Shown here one piece after another: positions 21,775-31,254 of a stretch of DNA of 64,000 bases. Position 1 is the first letter of the stretch, and each line of letters begins with the position of its first letter. This DNA is from an uncultured Gemmatimonadales bacterium. GTDB taxonomy: Bacteria > Gemmatimonadota > Gemmatimonadetes > Gemmatimonadales > GWC2-71-9. The stretch lies in contig CAWCFX010000001.1 in NCBI GenBank assembly GCA_963795085.1, positions 704,001 to 768,000 on the forward strand. Reading direction: 5' to 3'. The notes below the pieces were generated by a model. The model searched no databases. It was not told the origin of the DNA and saw nothing but the letters and a program-made list of their open reading frames with translations. A program made the translations under genes and the position numbers.

Positions 21775-23352
21775 TCATCCCAATGCCGCCGCAACCGCCG
21801 GCAGGATGTCCGGAAATAATCCATCGCGGCCGCCCAGCTGCTCCGCCAGGCGGGAGGCGGGTCCGATGAACTCAGGCGCCGCCAGCCCCGCCACCAGTCC
21901 CTCGGCGGCATCGCAGTGCTCGCGGAAGCGCCGCTCCGCGTAATCGGCCGCCGCCCCGGTGGTGATGATGAACGGCCAGTCGGACGATTGGGCCAGCAGT
22001 AGTTCCCGCGCGGCCTGGGCCAGGACGTAATGGCTGCGCGGCTCGGCCAGCGCCGGCCTGGCCACCCGCCAGAACGCCTCGTCCAGGGCGGCCATCCGTT
22101 CCCAGATCCACTCGGTCGCCGGGTTTTGCCACATGCTGAAGTCGCCGTTGGCGCCCCAGGAGCCCTCCGATAATTCGATCGCCTCCGCGGCGGGATTCTG
22201 GTCCAGGTGACGAGCGGCGGTGGCGGGCCGGACGTTGCGGGTGCGGCCCAGCACTTCGAAGAGCGCGCCGAGAAATTCCGGACCTTCGAACCACCAGTGC
22301 CCGAACAGCTCGGTGTCGAACGGCGCCACGATGCCGCCACCCGGCTTACCGCGTTGCCTCGCCGTATCCTGCAGCAGGGAGGCGAAGTGGCGGGCATGGT
22401 GCCGGGCCCGGGAGCGGGCCGATTCCGGCCGATAGGGGAGCTTCTGGCCGAGGTCGCTGCCCGGACTGCTCACCCGCCACAGGCGGAGTCCTTCCGGCCA
22501 GCGAATCTTGTGGAACTCGAGGTAGTGCTCATCCCCCGGATAGCCCTCGTAGCGGCTCCACACCTGGCGGGAGGTCACCGGGTCGCGGAGCAGCGCGGTG
22601 GCGGGCCCGACCCGGTAGGCGTGGTAGGGAGAATGTTCCCGGGGCCGGGTCGGCGGCCTGGGCACGGTGGTCCGGGTTTCACCGGCGGCATAGACATCGG
22701 CCGGATCGCCGGCGGCAGCTACATGAGCGTCGCTCCAGAAGTACTCGAACCCGGCGCGGCTCACGCGGGTTTCGATGCCGGGGCGGTAAGCGCACTCGGG
22801 CACCCAGCAGCCGCGCGCCCGCAGGCCGAAGAGCCGCTGGTGCTCGGAGAACCCCAGCCTCAGCTGCAGGTCAACGCTTTCCCGCCTGTGGAGCAGCGGG
22901 AGCAGGCCGTGGGTGGCCGCGGAGCCGGACAGTTCGATCCGGCCGTCCCGGGCCAGCCGGGCGAAGGCCCCGACCAGGTTGCCGTGCACCGACCGAAAGA
23001 GAGCCCGCAGCCTGGTGAGGCGGCGGGCCCAGAAGACGGCGATCCCGGCCAGTTGCTGGTCGCCGGTTGCGGCCAGGGTGCGGGGAGCCTCGGCCGCGGC
23101 CTGGAGCCGATGGTCGAAGTAACTCTCAAGGAGGGCGGGAAACCCGGGGTCCGCCAGCTGGTTCGCGAGGACCGGGGTGAAGCCCAGCGTCAGGGGCGCC
23201 GGAATGTCCTCGTTTTCCAGCCGCAGCAGCACCTCCAGCAGGGGCAGATAGCTGTCGATGGCGGCTTCGGCCAGCCAGTCGCTGCCGTGGGGCCAGCGGC
23301 CGTGATGGAGGACGTAGGGGAGGTGGCTGTGCAGGACGAGGACTACGTCCAT
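21775..23352 (-). CDS. GH57 1,4-alpha-glucan branching enzyme
   Basis: Motifs HSHLPYV, WVPECAY, PFDTELFGHWWFEG and AQSSDWPF. Confidence 0.92.
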   Translation of the reverse strand: MDVVLVLHSHLPYVLHHGRWPHGSDWLAEAAIDSYLPLLEVLLRLENEDIPAPLTLGFTPVLANQLADPGFPALLESYFDHRLQAAAEAPRTLAATGDQQLAGIAVFWARRLTRLRALFRSVHGNLVGAFARLARDGRIELSGSAATHGLLPLLHRRESVDLQLRLGFSEHQRLFGLRARGCWVPECAYRPGIETRVSRAGFEYFWSDAHVAAAGDPADVYAAGETRTTVPRPPTRPREHSPYHAYRVGPATALLRDPVTSRQVWSRYEGYPGDEHYLEFHKIRWPEGLRLWRVSSPGSDLGQKLPYRPESARSRARHHARHFASLLQDTARQRGKPGGGIVAPFDTELFGHWWFEGPEFLGALFEVLGRTRNVRPATAARHLDQNPAAEAIELSEGSWGANGDFSMWQNPATEWIWERMAALDEAFWRVARPALAEPRSHYVLAQAARELLLAQSSDWPFIITTGAAADYAERRFREHCDAAEGLVAGLAAPEFIGPASRLAEQLGGRDGLFPDILPAVAAALG

Positions 23353-23356
23353 GCGT

Positions 23357-24841
23357 TCAGAATGCGCTGTGCGGCGGATCCGCCAGGACCCGCTGGTATA
23401 CCTCAGTGTACTTCTCGCCGGAGCGGGCCCAGCTGAAGTCGCGCGACATGGCTTCGACCATGAGACGCTTCCACACCTCGCCGTCGTGGTAATAGTCCAT
23501 CACGGCCCGGGCGATCCGCAGCAGGTCTTCCGAGGAATACTCGTCAAAGAGAAAACCGGTGACCCCGTCTTCTACGGTATCGGCGATCCCGCCGACCCGC
23601 CGGGCCAGCGGGATCGCGCCGTAGCGCTGGGCCCGCATCTGGGCCAGGCCGCACGGCTCGTAAAGCGAGGGCATGAGGTACATGTCGGCGCCCGCCATCA
23701 GCCGGTGCTCGATCCGTTCGGTAAACCCGAGGTGCACGGCGATCCGGTCGGGCCAGCGGGACGCGTAATGCTTGAGCATCGCTTCGTATTTGGGCTCGCC
23801 GGTGCCGAGGAAGATGAACTGCGCCTCCAGCATGAAGAGCGTGTATTCGCCGACGATCAGCTCCAGCCCTTTCTGGGATGTCATCCGGGCGGTCATGACG
23901 AACAGCGGCATCCGGGAGCGCTGGGGCAGCCCGAAGGTCCGCTGCAGCGCCGCCTTGCACCGTTTCTTCCCCTTGAGGTCCTCCGGTGAGTAGCGGGCGG
24001 TGATGACCTTGTCGGTCGCCGGGTTCCACTCCTCGAAATCGATTCCGTTCACGATCCCCGAGAACCGGTTGCGGAGCGAGATGAACACGTCGTGCAGGCC
24101 GAAACCGCCTTTCACGGTCTTGAGCTCGTGCGCGTGGGTGGGGCTTACGGTGACGGTCGCGTCCGAGAAGACCAGCGCCCCCTTGAGGAGGTTGGTCTGG
24201 CCGTGCCATTCCAGGTACTGCCAGGTAAACAGCTCCCAGGGCAGACCGATCTGCGGCATGACGTCCGCCCCGTAGTAGCCCTGGAAGCCGGCGTTGTGCA
24301 CCGAGAATACCGTGCGGAACCCGCGGTGGAAGGTGCTGCTGGCGAACTGGGTGCGGAGATAGACCGGTGCCAGCGCGGCGTGCCAGTCATGGGCATGCAG
24401 GATGGAGGGCGAACGGGCGATCCGGGGCAGCAGCTCCAGCGCGGCCATGCAGAAAAAGGCCCAGCGCTGGGGGTTGTCGCCGTAGTCGGAACCACCCTCG
24501 CCATAGAGGCCCGCGCGGTCGAAGTACTCGTGCTCGATGCAGTAGATCTTCGGCTTGCTGGGCTCCACCGGGAGGCGGTAGAGGCGGCCCTCTTCGGTCC
24601 GGGGTCCGACCTGCACGGCAAACGGCTGGCCCACCCGTTCCAGCTGGCCGGCGACTTCCCGCACCGAGCGGTGCAGTGGCATGATGACCGCGACCGGAAT
24701 GCCCTGGGCCGCCTGGTACTCGGCCAGCCCCATGACCGCCTCCGCCAGGCCGCCGGTGCGGGCCAGGGAATCATACTCCGCGGCGAGATGCACCACCCCC
24801 ACGGGAGTGCCGTCGATGGTGCCCAGCGGATTTACAGCCAT
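23357..24841 (-). CDS. glgA: Glycogen synthase (GT5)
   Basis: Motifs RTGGL, HAHDWH, HNAGFQG, TVSPT and PSLYEPCGLAQ. Confidence 0.93.
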   Translation of the reverse strand: MAVNPLGTIDGTPVGVVHLAAEYDSLARTGGLAEAVMGLAEYQAAQGIPVAVIMPLHRSVREVAGQLERVGQPFAVQVGPRTEEGRLYRLPVEPSKPKIYCIEHEYFDRAGLYGEGGSDYGDNPQRWAFFCMAALELLPRIARSPSILHAHDWHAALAPVYLRTQFASSTFHRGFRTVFSVHNAGFQGYYGADVMPQIGLPWELFTWQYLEWHGQTNLLKGALVFSDATVTVSPTHAHELKTVKGGFGLHDVFISLRNRFSGIVNGIDFEEWNPATDKVITARYSPEDLKGKKRCKAALQRTFGLPQRSRMPLFVMTARMTSQKGLELIVGEYTLFMLEAQFIFLGTGEPKYEAMLKHYASRWPDRIAVHLGFTERIEHRLMAGADMYLMPSLYEPCGLAQMRAQRYGAIPLARRVGGIADTVEDGVTGFLFDEYSSEDLLRIARAVMDYYHDGEVWKRLMVEAMSRDFSWARSGEKYTEVYQRVLADPPHSAF

Positions 24842-24855
24842 AGAGGTGCCGCCTG

Positions 24856-27018
24856 TCAGTACGTGTCGATCGGTGGATCGTCCGGCGTCTGGTAGCCTCG
24901 AATCGCGGGGACGTAATAGTCCCGGGCGTAGTCGCCGACCATGCGGCGGGCCGTGAACAGGTTGCCGGCCACCCGAATCGCATTGCGCATCCGTTCGAGC
25001 CAGCCGGTGGGAATGCCCCGCTCGTCGCGGTCGTAGTACAGCGGGATCACCTGCTTCTCCAGCAGGGTATACAGATGTTCGGCGTCGGACTCGTCGGCCT
25101 CCTCGTCGGCGCCGCCCTGGGGGATGGCCCAGCCGTTGGTCCCGTCGTAGCCCTCGGCCCACCAGCCGTCCAGGGTGCTGATCTGGGGGACGCCGTTGAG
25201 GGCCGCTTTCATGCCGCTGGTTCCGCTGGCCTCCAGGGGCACCCGGGGCAGGTTGAGCCAGACATCCACGCCCTGCACCAGCACGTGGGAGACGTGCATT
25301 TCGTAGTCCTCGATGAACGCCACCCGACCCTCAAACTGGGGATCCCGGGTGAATTTGTACACCCGCTGGAGCAATTCCTTGCCGGGCTGGTCGGCCGGGT
25401 GGGCCTTGCCCGCGAACACGATCTGGACCGGGCGCCAGGGGTTCACCAGGAGCCGGCGCAGCCGCTCCGCATCGCGGAACATGAGGTCGGCCCGCTTATA
25501 GGTGGCGAACCGGCGGGCGAATCCGATGGTGAGGGCGTGGTGATCGAGCAGGGTGCCGGCCCCCACCACGTGGGCCGCTTCCTTCCACTGGGTGGCCCAG
25601 CGGTTGCGGGCGTCCTCCCGCATGGCGCGGAGCAGGGTGGACTTGAGTCGCATGTGGGTGAACCACAGTTCCTCGTCGTCCAGCGTCAGCACCTGGTCCC
25701 AGAAGCCCGCCTCGGTCGCCCGCGCGTCCCAGCCCGGCCCCAGGTGGCGGTCCATCAGCATCAGGGCGGGCTTGGCCATCCAGGTGCCGACGTGTACCCC
25801 GTTGGTGATGTGCCCGATGGGGACCTTCGAGGTCGCCCGCCCGGGCCAGAGATCCTTCCACAGGTCGCGGGAGACATCGCCGTGCACCTTGGAGACGCCG
25901 TTGATGCCCCGGGAGAGCCGCATCGCGAGCGCGGTCATGTGGAACTCCTCCGGGCCTTCCGACGGGTGCCTGCCGAGAATAAAGAACTGCTCCCGCGTGA
26001 TGCCCATCTCGGTCCAGAACTCGCCCACGCACTTGGCCACCTGGTCCACCGGGAAGTGGTCGTGCCCCGCCGGTACCGGGGTATGGGTGGTGAAGATACT
26101 GGCCTCGCGGACCCGGGCCACCGCCTCCTTGAAGGAGAGTCCTTCCGCCGCGTACTCGCGCAGCCGCTCGACGCCCATGAACGCCGCATGGCCCTCGTTG
26201 GCATGCCACGCGGCGGGATGGATCCCGGCGGCCCGGAGCGCCCGCACCCCGGCCACGCCCAGAATCCATTCCTGCTTGAGGCGGAGGTCGGCGCCCACTC
26301 CGTAAAGCTTGGTGGAAAGCTCCCGGTCCTGGGGGTCGTTTTCTTCCAGGTCGGTGTCCAGCAGGTAGAGCGGCACCCGCCCGACCAGCATCTTCCAGGC
26401 TCCGACATGCACCGTCCGGCCGAAACAGGTCACCGTGGTCAGCCAGGGCTCGCTCTGGGGCCCGTACACGGGGACCAGCGGGGTCACCGGGAAGTCGAAC
26501 TGCTCGTCCCGGTCCTCCTGCCAGCCGTCGAGTCCTAGGTGCTGGTCGAAGTAGCCGCGGGTGTACATCAGGCCGACGCCGGTGAGCGGCACGCCCAGGT
26601 CGCTGGAGGCCTTGCAGTGGTCGCCAGCCAGGATACCCAGGCCGCCGGAATAGATCGGGACCGAGTTGTGCAACCCGAACTCGGCGCAGAAATAGGCGAT
26701 CGTCTTCCGATCGGGGGCGGGATAGTTGAGATGGAACCAGGTCTGGTCGGCGGAGGCTTCGGCCGCCATCCACTCGTTCAGCGCGTCGAGCCGGCGCAGG
26801 AACTCCGGGTCCTGCGACAGGGTGGCCAGGCGGCCCGGATCCACCCGCCGGAGCAAGTCGATCGGGTTGTGGCGGGTCAGGTGCCAGAGCGGCTCGTCAA
26901 TGGAACGAAACAGGGCGCGAGCATCAAGATTCCAGCTCCAGGCGAGATTGGTGGCCAGCGCGGCCAATCCTTCCAGACGGGGAGGGAGAAACGGGATCTT
27001 GCTGCGAAGTGGATTCAT
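24856..27018 (-). CDS. glgP: Alpha-glucan (glycogen) phosphorylase
   Basis: Motifs YSGGLG, NEGH, TTHTPVPAGHD, ARRFATYKR and the PLP motif EASGTSGMK. Confidence 0.96.
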   Translation of the reverse strand: MNPLRSKIPFLPPRLEGLAALATNLAWSWNLDARALFRSIDEPLWHLTRHNPIDLLRRVDPGRLATLSQDPEFLRRLDALNEWMAAEASADQTWFHLNYPAPDRKTIAYFCAEFGLHNSVPIYSGGLGILAGDHCKASSDLGVPLTGVGLMYTRGYFDQHLGLDGWQEDRDEQFDFPVTPLVPVYGPQSEPWLTTVTCFGRTVHVGAWKMLVGRVPLYLLDTDLEENDPQDRELSTKLYGVGADLRLKQEWILGVAGVRALRAAGIHPAAWHANEGHAAFMGVERLREYAAEGLSFKEAVARVREASIFTTHTPVPAGHDHFPVDQVAKCVGEFWTEMGITREQFFILGRHPSEGPEEFHMTALAMRLSRGINGVSKVHGDVSRDLWKDLWPGRATSKVPIGHITNGVHVGTWMAKPALMLMDRHLGPGWDARATEAGFWDQVLTLDDEELWFTHMRLKSTLLRAMREDARNRWATQWKEAAHVVGAGTLLDHHALTIGFARRFATYKRADLMFRDAERLRRLLVNPWRPVQIVFAGKAHPADQPGKELLQRVYKFTRDPQFEGRVAFIEDYEMHVSHVLVQGVDVWLNLPRVPLEASGTSGMKAALNGVPQISTLDGWWAEGYDGTNGWAIPQGGADEEADESDAEHLYTLLEKQVIPLYYDRDERGIPTGWLERMRNAIRVAGNLFTARRMVGDYARDYYVPAIRGYQTPDDPPIDTY

Positions 27019-27164
27019 GGCCCCTGGCTGAAACGGCGTGAAGTGGCGGGTGCGCAGTGAGTCGTGAGTAATGAGCAGAGAGCGGTCAGCAGGAAGCCAT
27101 GAGAGGCCCGTCCGGCCAGGCGCGGCGGGACGCTGTTCCCGCCTCCGGCTTCCCGCTCACTTTA

Positions 27165-28841
<1,677 letters not shown>

Positions 28842-28955
28842 GGCGCCGAAGATAATCCCGCGCTCTGGTCCGGAGAAGGCGCGATCACCGGGTCTGTAAC
28901 CCCCCTGCCCCCGCGACCGTTGGTTTCCGTCTCAATCCACCACGGTGTATCTCGC

Positions 28956-29368
28956 ATGAATCTCACCATCCGGGTCAACGGCCGACCCCGGGTCATCGGA
29001 TGTTACCCCCGAGAGGCCGCTCCTCTGGGGCGAGCCGGGGTAGACCGGGTGGTGCGCGCAGCGGATTGTGGGCCTGGTGATTAGCCCGCGGGGGATGGAA
29101 GCCCAGGTCGAAGGCTCCATCGTGTTGGGCTGGGGGCGATGCTCACACGGGAGGTCACGGTGGAGGGTGGTCGGTTGGTGCAGGGGAATTTCGGCGACGG
29201 TCCGCTGCTCACCATGCGGGAGACGTCCCGCTTGGAAACCCACATCGTCTCCCGTACCGCGCCGCTGGGGGGAGGGGCGAGCCGGCCCTGCCGCCGGTGG
29301 CACCGGCGGTGGCGAACGCCGTCTTCGCGGCCAGCGGACGAAGAATTCGAACGTTGCCGATCACCTGA
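28956..29368 (+). pseudogene. Deletion remnant of an isoquinoline/aldehyde oxidoreductase operon (2Fe-2S subunit N-terminus joined to molybdopterin subunit C-terminus)
   Basis: MNLTIRVNGR...DVTPERPLLW, then across frameshifts VDRVVRAADCG / [10 protein letters not shown] / [14 protein letters not shown] / [30 protein letters not shown]. Confidence 0.8.
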
Positions 29369-29390
29369 GCGGACCTTGACCGGCATGGAT

Positions 29391-29429
29391 ACGTCAAAGG
29401 GGCACGCCAGCGGGCGTGCCCCTTGATGT
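29391..29429. terminator. Hairpin between convergent genes
   Basis: AAGGGGCACGCC-agcg-GGCGTGCCCCTT with extended ACGTCA/GATGT flanks. Confidence 0.7.
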
Positions 29430-29447
29430 GACGTACCGCGTGCGATC

Positions 29448-29804
29448 CTACTTCACGTGCTTGTTCACCAGCTTGGTCATGTCGAACATGGACACCTTCG
29501 ACTTGCCGCCGAAGACCGCCTTGAGGTTCTCGTCGGCGTTGATCATGCGGCGCTCGCGGGAATCCTGGAGGCCTTTCCGCTTGATGTACTGCCACAGCTT
29601 CTTGGTGAGCTCGGTGCGGGGCAGCGGGGTGCTGCCGACCACCGGGGCGAGCAGGGCGTCCGGCTGCACCGGCCTCATGAAGGCCGCATTGGGTTTCCGC
29701 TTGCTCTTGGTCTTGGTGGCCTTCTTGGCCGCCTTGCGGCGGACCGGCTTCTTGGCGGACTTCTTGGCGGACTTCTTCGCGGCTTTCTTCTTTTTCGCGG
29801 CCAT
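29448..29804 (-). CDS. SWIB/MDM2-domain protein with Lys/Ala-rich N-terminal tail
   Basis: SD AAGGGAG; MAAKKKKAAKKSAKK tail; SWIB motifs RTELTKKLWQYIK, INADENLK and MFDMTKLVNKH. Confidence 0.9.
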   Translation of the reverse strand: MAAKKKKAAKKSAKKSAKKPVRRKAAKKATKTKSKRKPNAAFMRPVQPDALLAPVVGSTPLPRTELTKKLWQYIKRKGLQDSRERRMINADENLKAVFGGKSKVSMFDMTKLVNKHVK

Positions 29805-30117
29805 CGTTTTCTCCCTTGGTGAAGTGGCTGAAGAGCGGCTTTCCCTCTGGGACAACGGTCCTTCGCGACACCAAAGTACAACATTGTCCCCGGCGCGCCA
29901 ATAGCGAACCGCCCCGTTTCCCCTCTGAGAAGCGACCTTTTTCCCTCTTGGGGTGAGCCGGCTGTTCCGGAAAACGGGCCTGTCTCCCTCGGAAAACCAC
30001 TGTTTTTCCCTCTGGACAGAACCTCGGTTGACCGAACCCGCCGCCCGCCCGCCCTCTCGCGGGAACCCCGAAAATGGTATGTTTCTCCCCGTACCCCGCT
30101 CGACCCGAGGTGACCCT

Positions 30118-30681
30118 ATGAAAACCGAATTGGTGCTGGCGTTCGTCGCCGGTGCGCTGGCCCTGACTCCTCCCCTCGCCGCACAGGACAGCATTCCGCT
30201 GGCCGTCGGCACCAGGGCCCCCGACGTTGCGCTGGTGGGCGCCACCCGGGACGGCGTGCTGCCCGACTCGGTTCGCCTCAGCGACTTCCGCGACCAGACC
30301 GTGGTCATCGCCTTCTTCTACCGGGCCAGGAGCGGCGGCTGAACCGTCCAGATGAACGCGTACCGTGATCAGTACGCGACGCTGTTTAACGGTGGCCAGA
30401 AGGTCACCCTGCTGGCGGTGAGCGTGGATTCGGCCGGCGTCCTCGCCCAGTGGGCCCTGGAAAGCGGGTACCCCTTCCGCTTCCTGAGCGATCCCGAGGG
30501 GATCGCCGGGCGGGCCTTCGGGGCCTGGCACGCAGGGCGCCGGGTGGACAACCGCTCCCTCTTCGTGATCGGGCCCGACGGCGTCATTCAGCACCGGCAG
30601 ATCCCCTTCCGGGAGATCGATCCCGCCGCGTACCGCGAACTGGAAGCCGCCGTGGACCGGATCGCGGGAACCACCGACTAA
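30118..30681 (+). CDS. Secreted peroxiredoxin (BCP/AhpC-like), probable selenoprotein (UGA at 30340-30342)
   Basis: Two same-frame ORFs join into one 187-aa Prx fold: signal peptide, VGTRAPD, LSDFR, FFYRARSGG[TGA]TVQM, AVSVDS, FLSDPEG, RSLFVIGPDG. A hairpin follows the TGA. Confidence 0.88.
30357..30378 (+). promoter_or_regulatory. Candidate bacterial SECIS element
   Basis: CGCGTAC-cgtgatca-GTACGCG is a perfect 7-bp stem; 21 nt lie between the UGA and the loop, which has G at its second position. Confidence 0.7.
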
Positions 30682-30696
30682 CGGAGGACACTTCGG

Positions 30697-31254
30697 GTGC
30701 AACAGGTCAAAGGCAGCGTGCTCAAGTCGCGGCTGGGGTTCGTCCGGGAGCACTTCGGCGAGGCCGGGGTCGCCCGGGTGGTCGCCAGCCTGCCGGAGGA
30801 GGACCAGAAAGCGCTGAACATGGTTCTCACGGTCAAGTGGTATCCTTTCGAGCTGGGAAAGCGGCTCGATAACGCCATCGTCCAGGTGCTGGGTGGCGGC
30901 CTCCCCGCGTTCTTCGAGCGGCTCGGCGAGGCGTCCGCGGACAAGAACCTGGCCACTCTCCACCACGGGTTCCTCACCCAGGGGAAACCGCACCAGTTCC
31001 TGGCCAAGGCGCCCGCCATCTACGCGCTCTACTATGAAACCGGCCGCCGGGAGTACCAGCAGACCGGGCCCAGCGAAGGCGTGCTTACCACCTATGACGC
31101 GGAAACGTTCAGCACCGCCGATTGCCTGACGGTGATCGGGTGGTATCGGCGGGCCCTCCAGATGTGCGGGGCCGCCGCGGTGGACGTCGTGGAAGAGGAA
31201 TGCCGGGCCCGGGGCGGCGCGGTCTGCCGCTACCGGGTGCGCTGGAGCGGATGA
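30697..31254 (+). CDS. DUF2378/TIGR02265-like protein with V4R-type C-terminus
   Basis: SD GGAGG; VKG..., WYP motif and C-terminal EEECRARGGAVCRYRVRW. Confidence 0.7.
   Translation: MQQVKGSVLKSRLGFVREHFGEAGVARVVASLPEEDQKALNMVLTVKWYPFELGKRLDNAIVQVLGGGLPAFFERLGEASADKNLATLHHGFLTQGKPHQFLAKAPAIYALYYETGRREYQQTGPSEGVLTTYDAETFSTADCLTVIGWYRRALQMCGAAAVDVVEEECRARGGAVCRYRVRWSG

Noticed and set aside
21768..22397. N-terminal extension of the DUF3536 ORF (similarly glgA to 25162 and acnA to 46739)
   Set aside because: The extensions overlap neighbouring genes, and family motifs begin at the downstream starts I chose.
29953..30681. Peroxiredoxin as a nonsense pseudogene or as two separate genes
   Set aside because: The stop falls exactly on the catalytic residue, both halves are otherwise intact and a SECIS-like hairpin follows.
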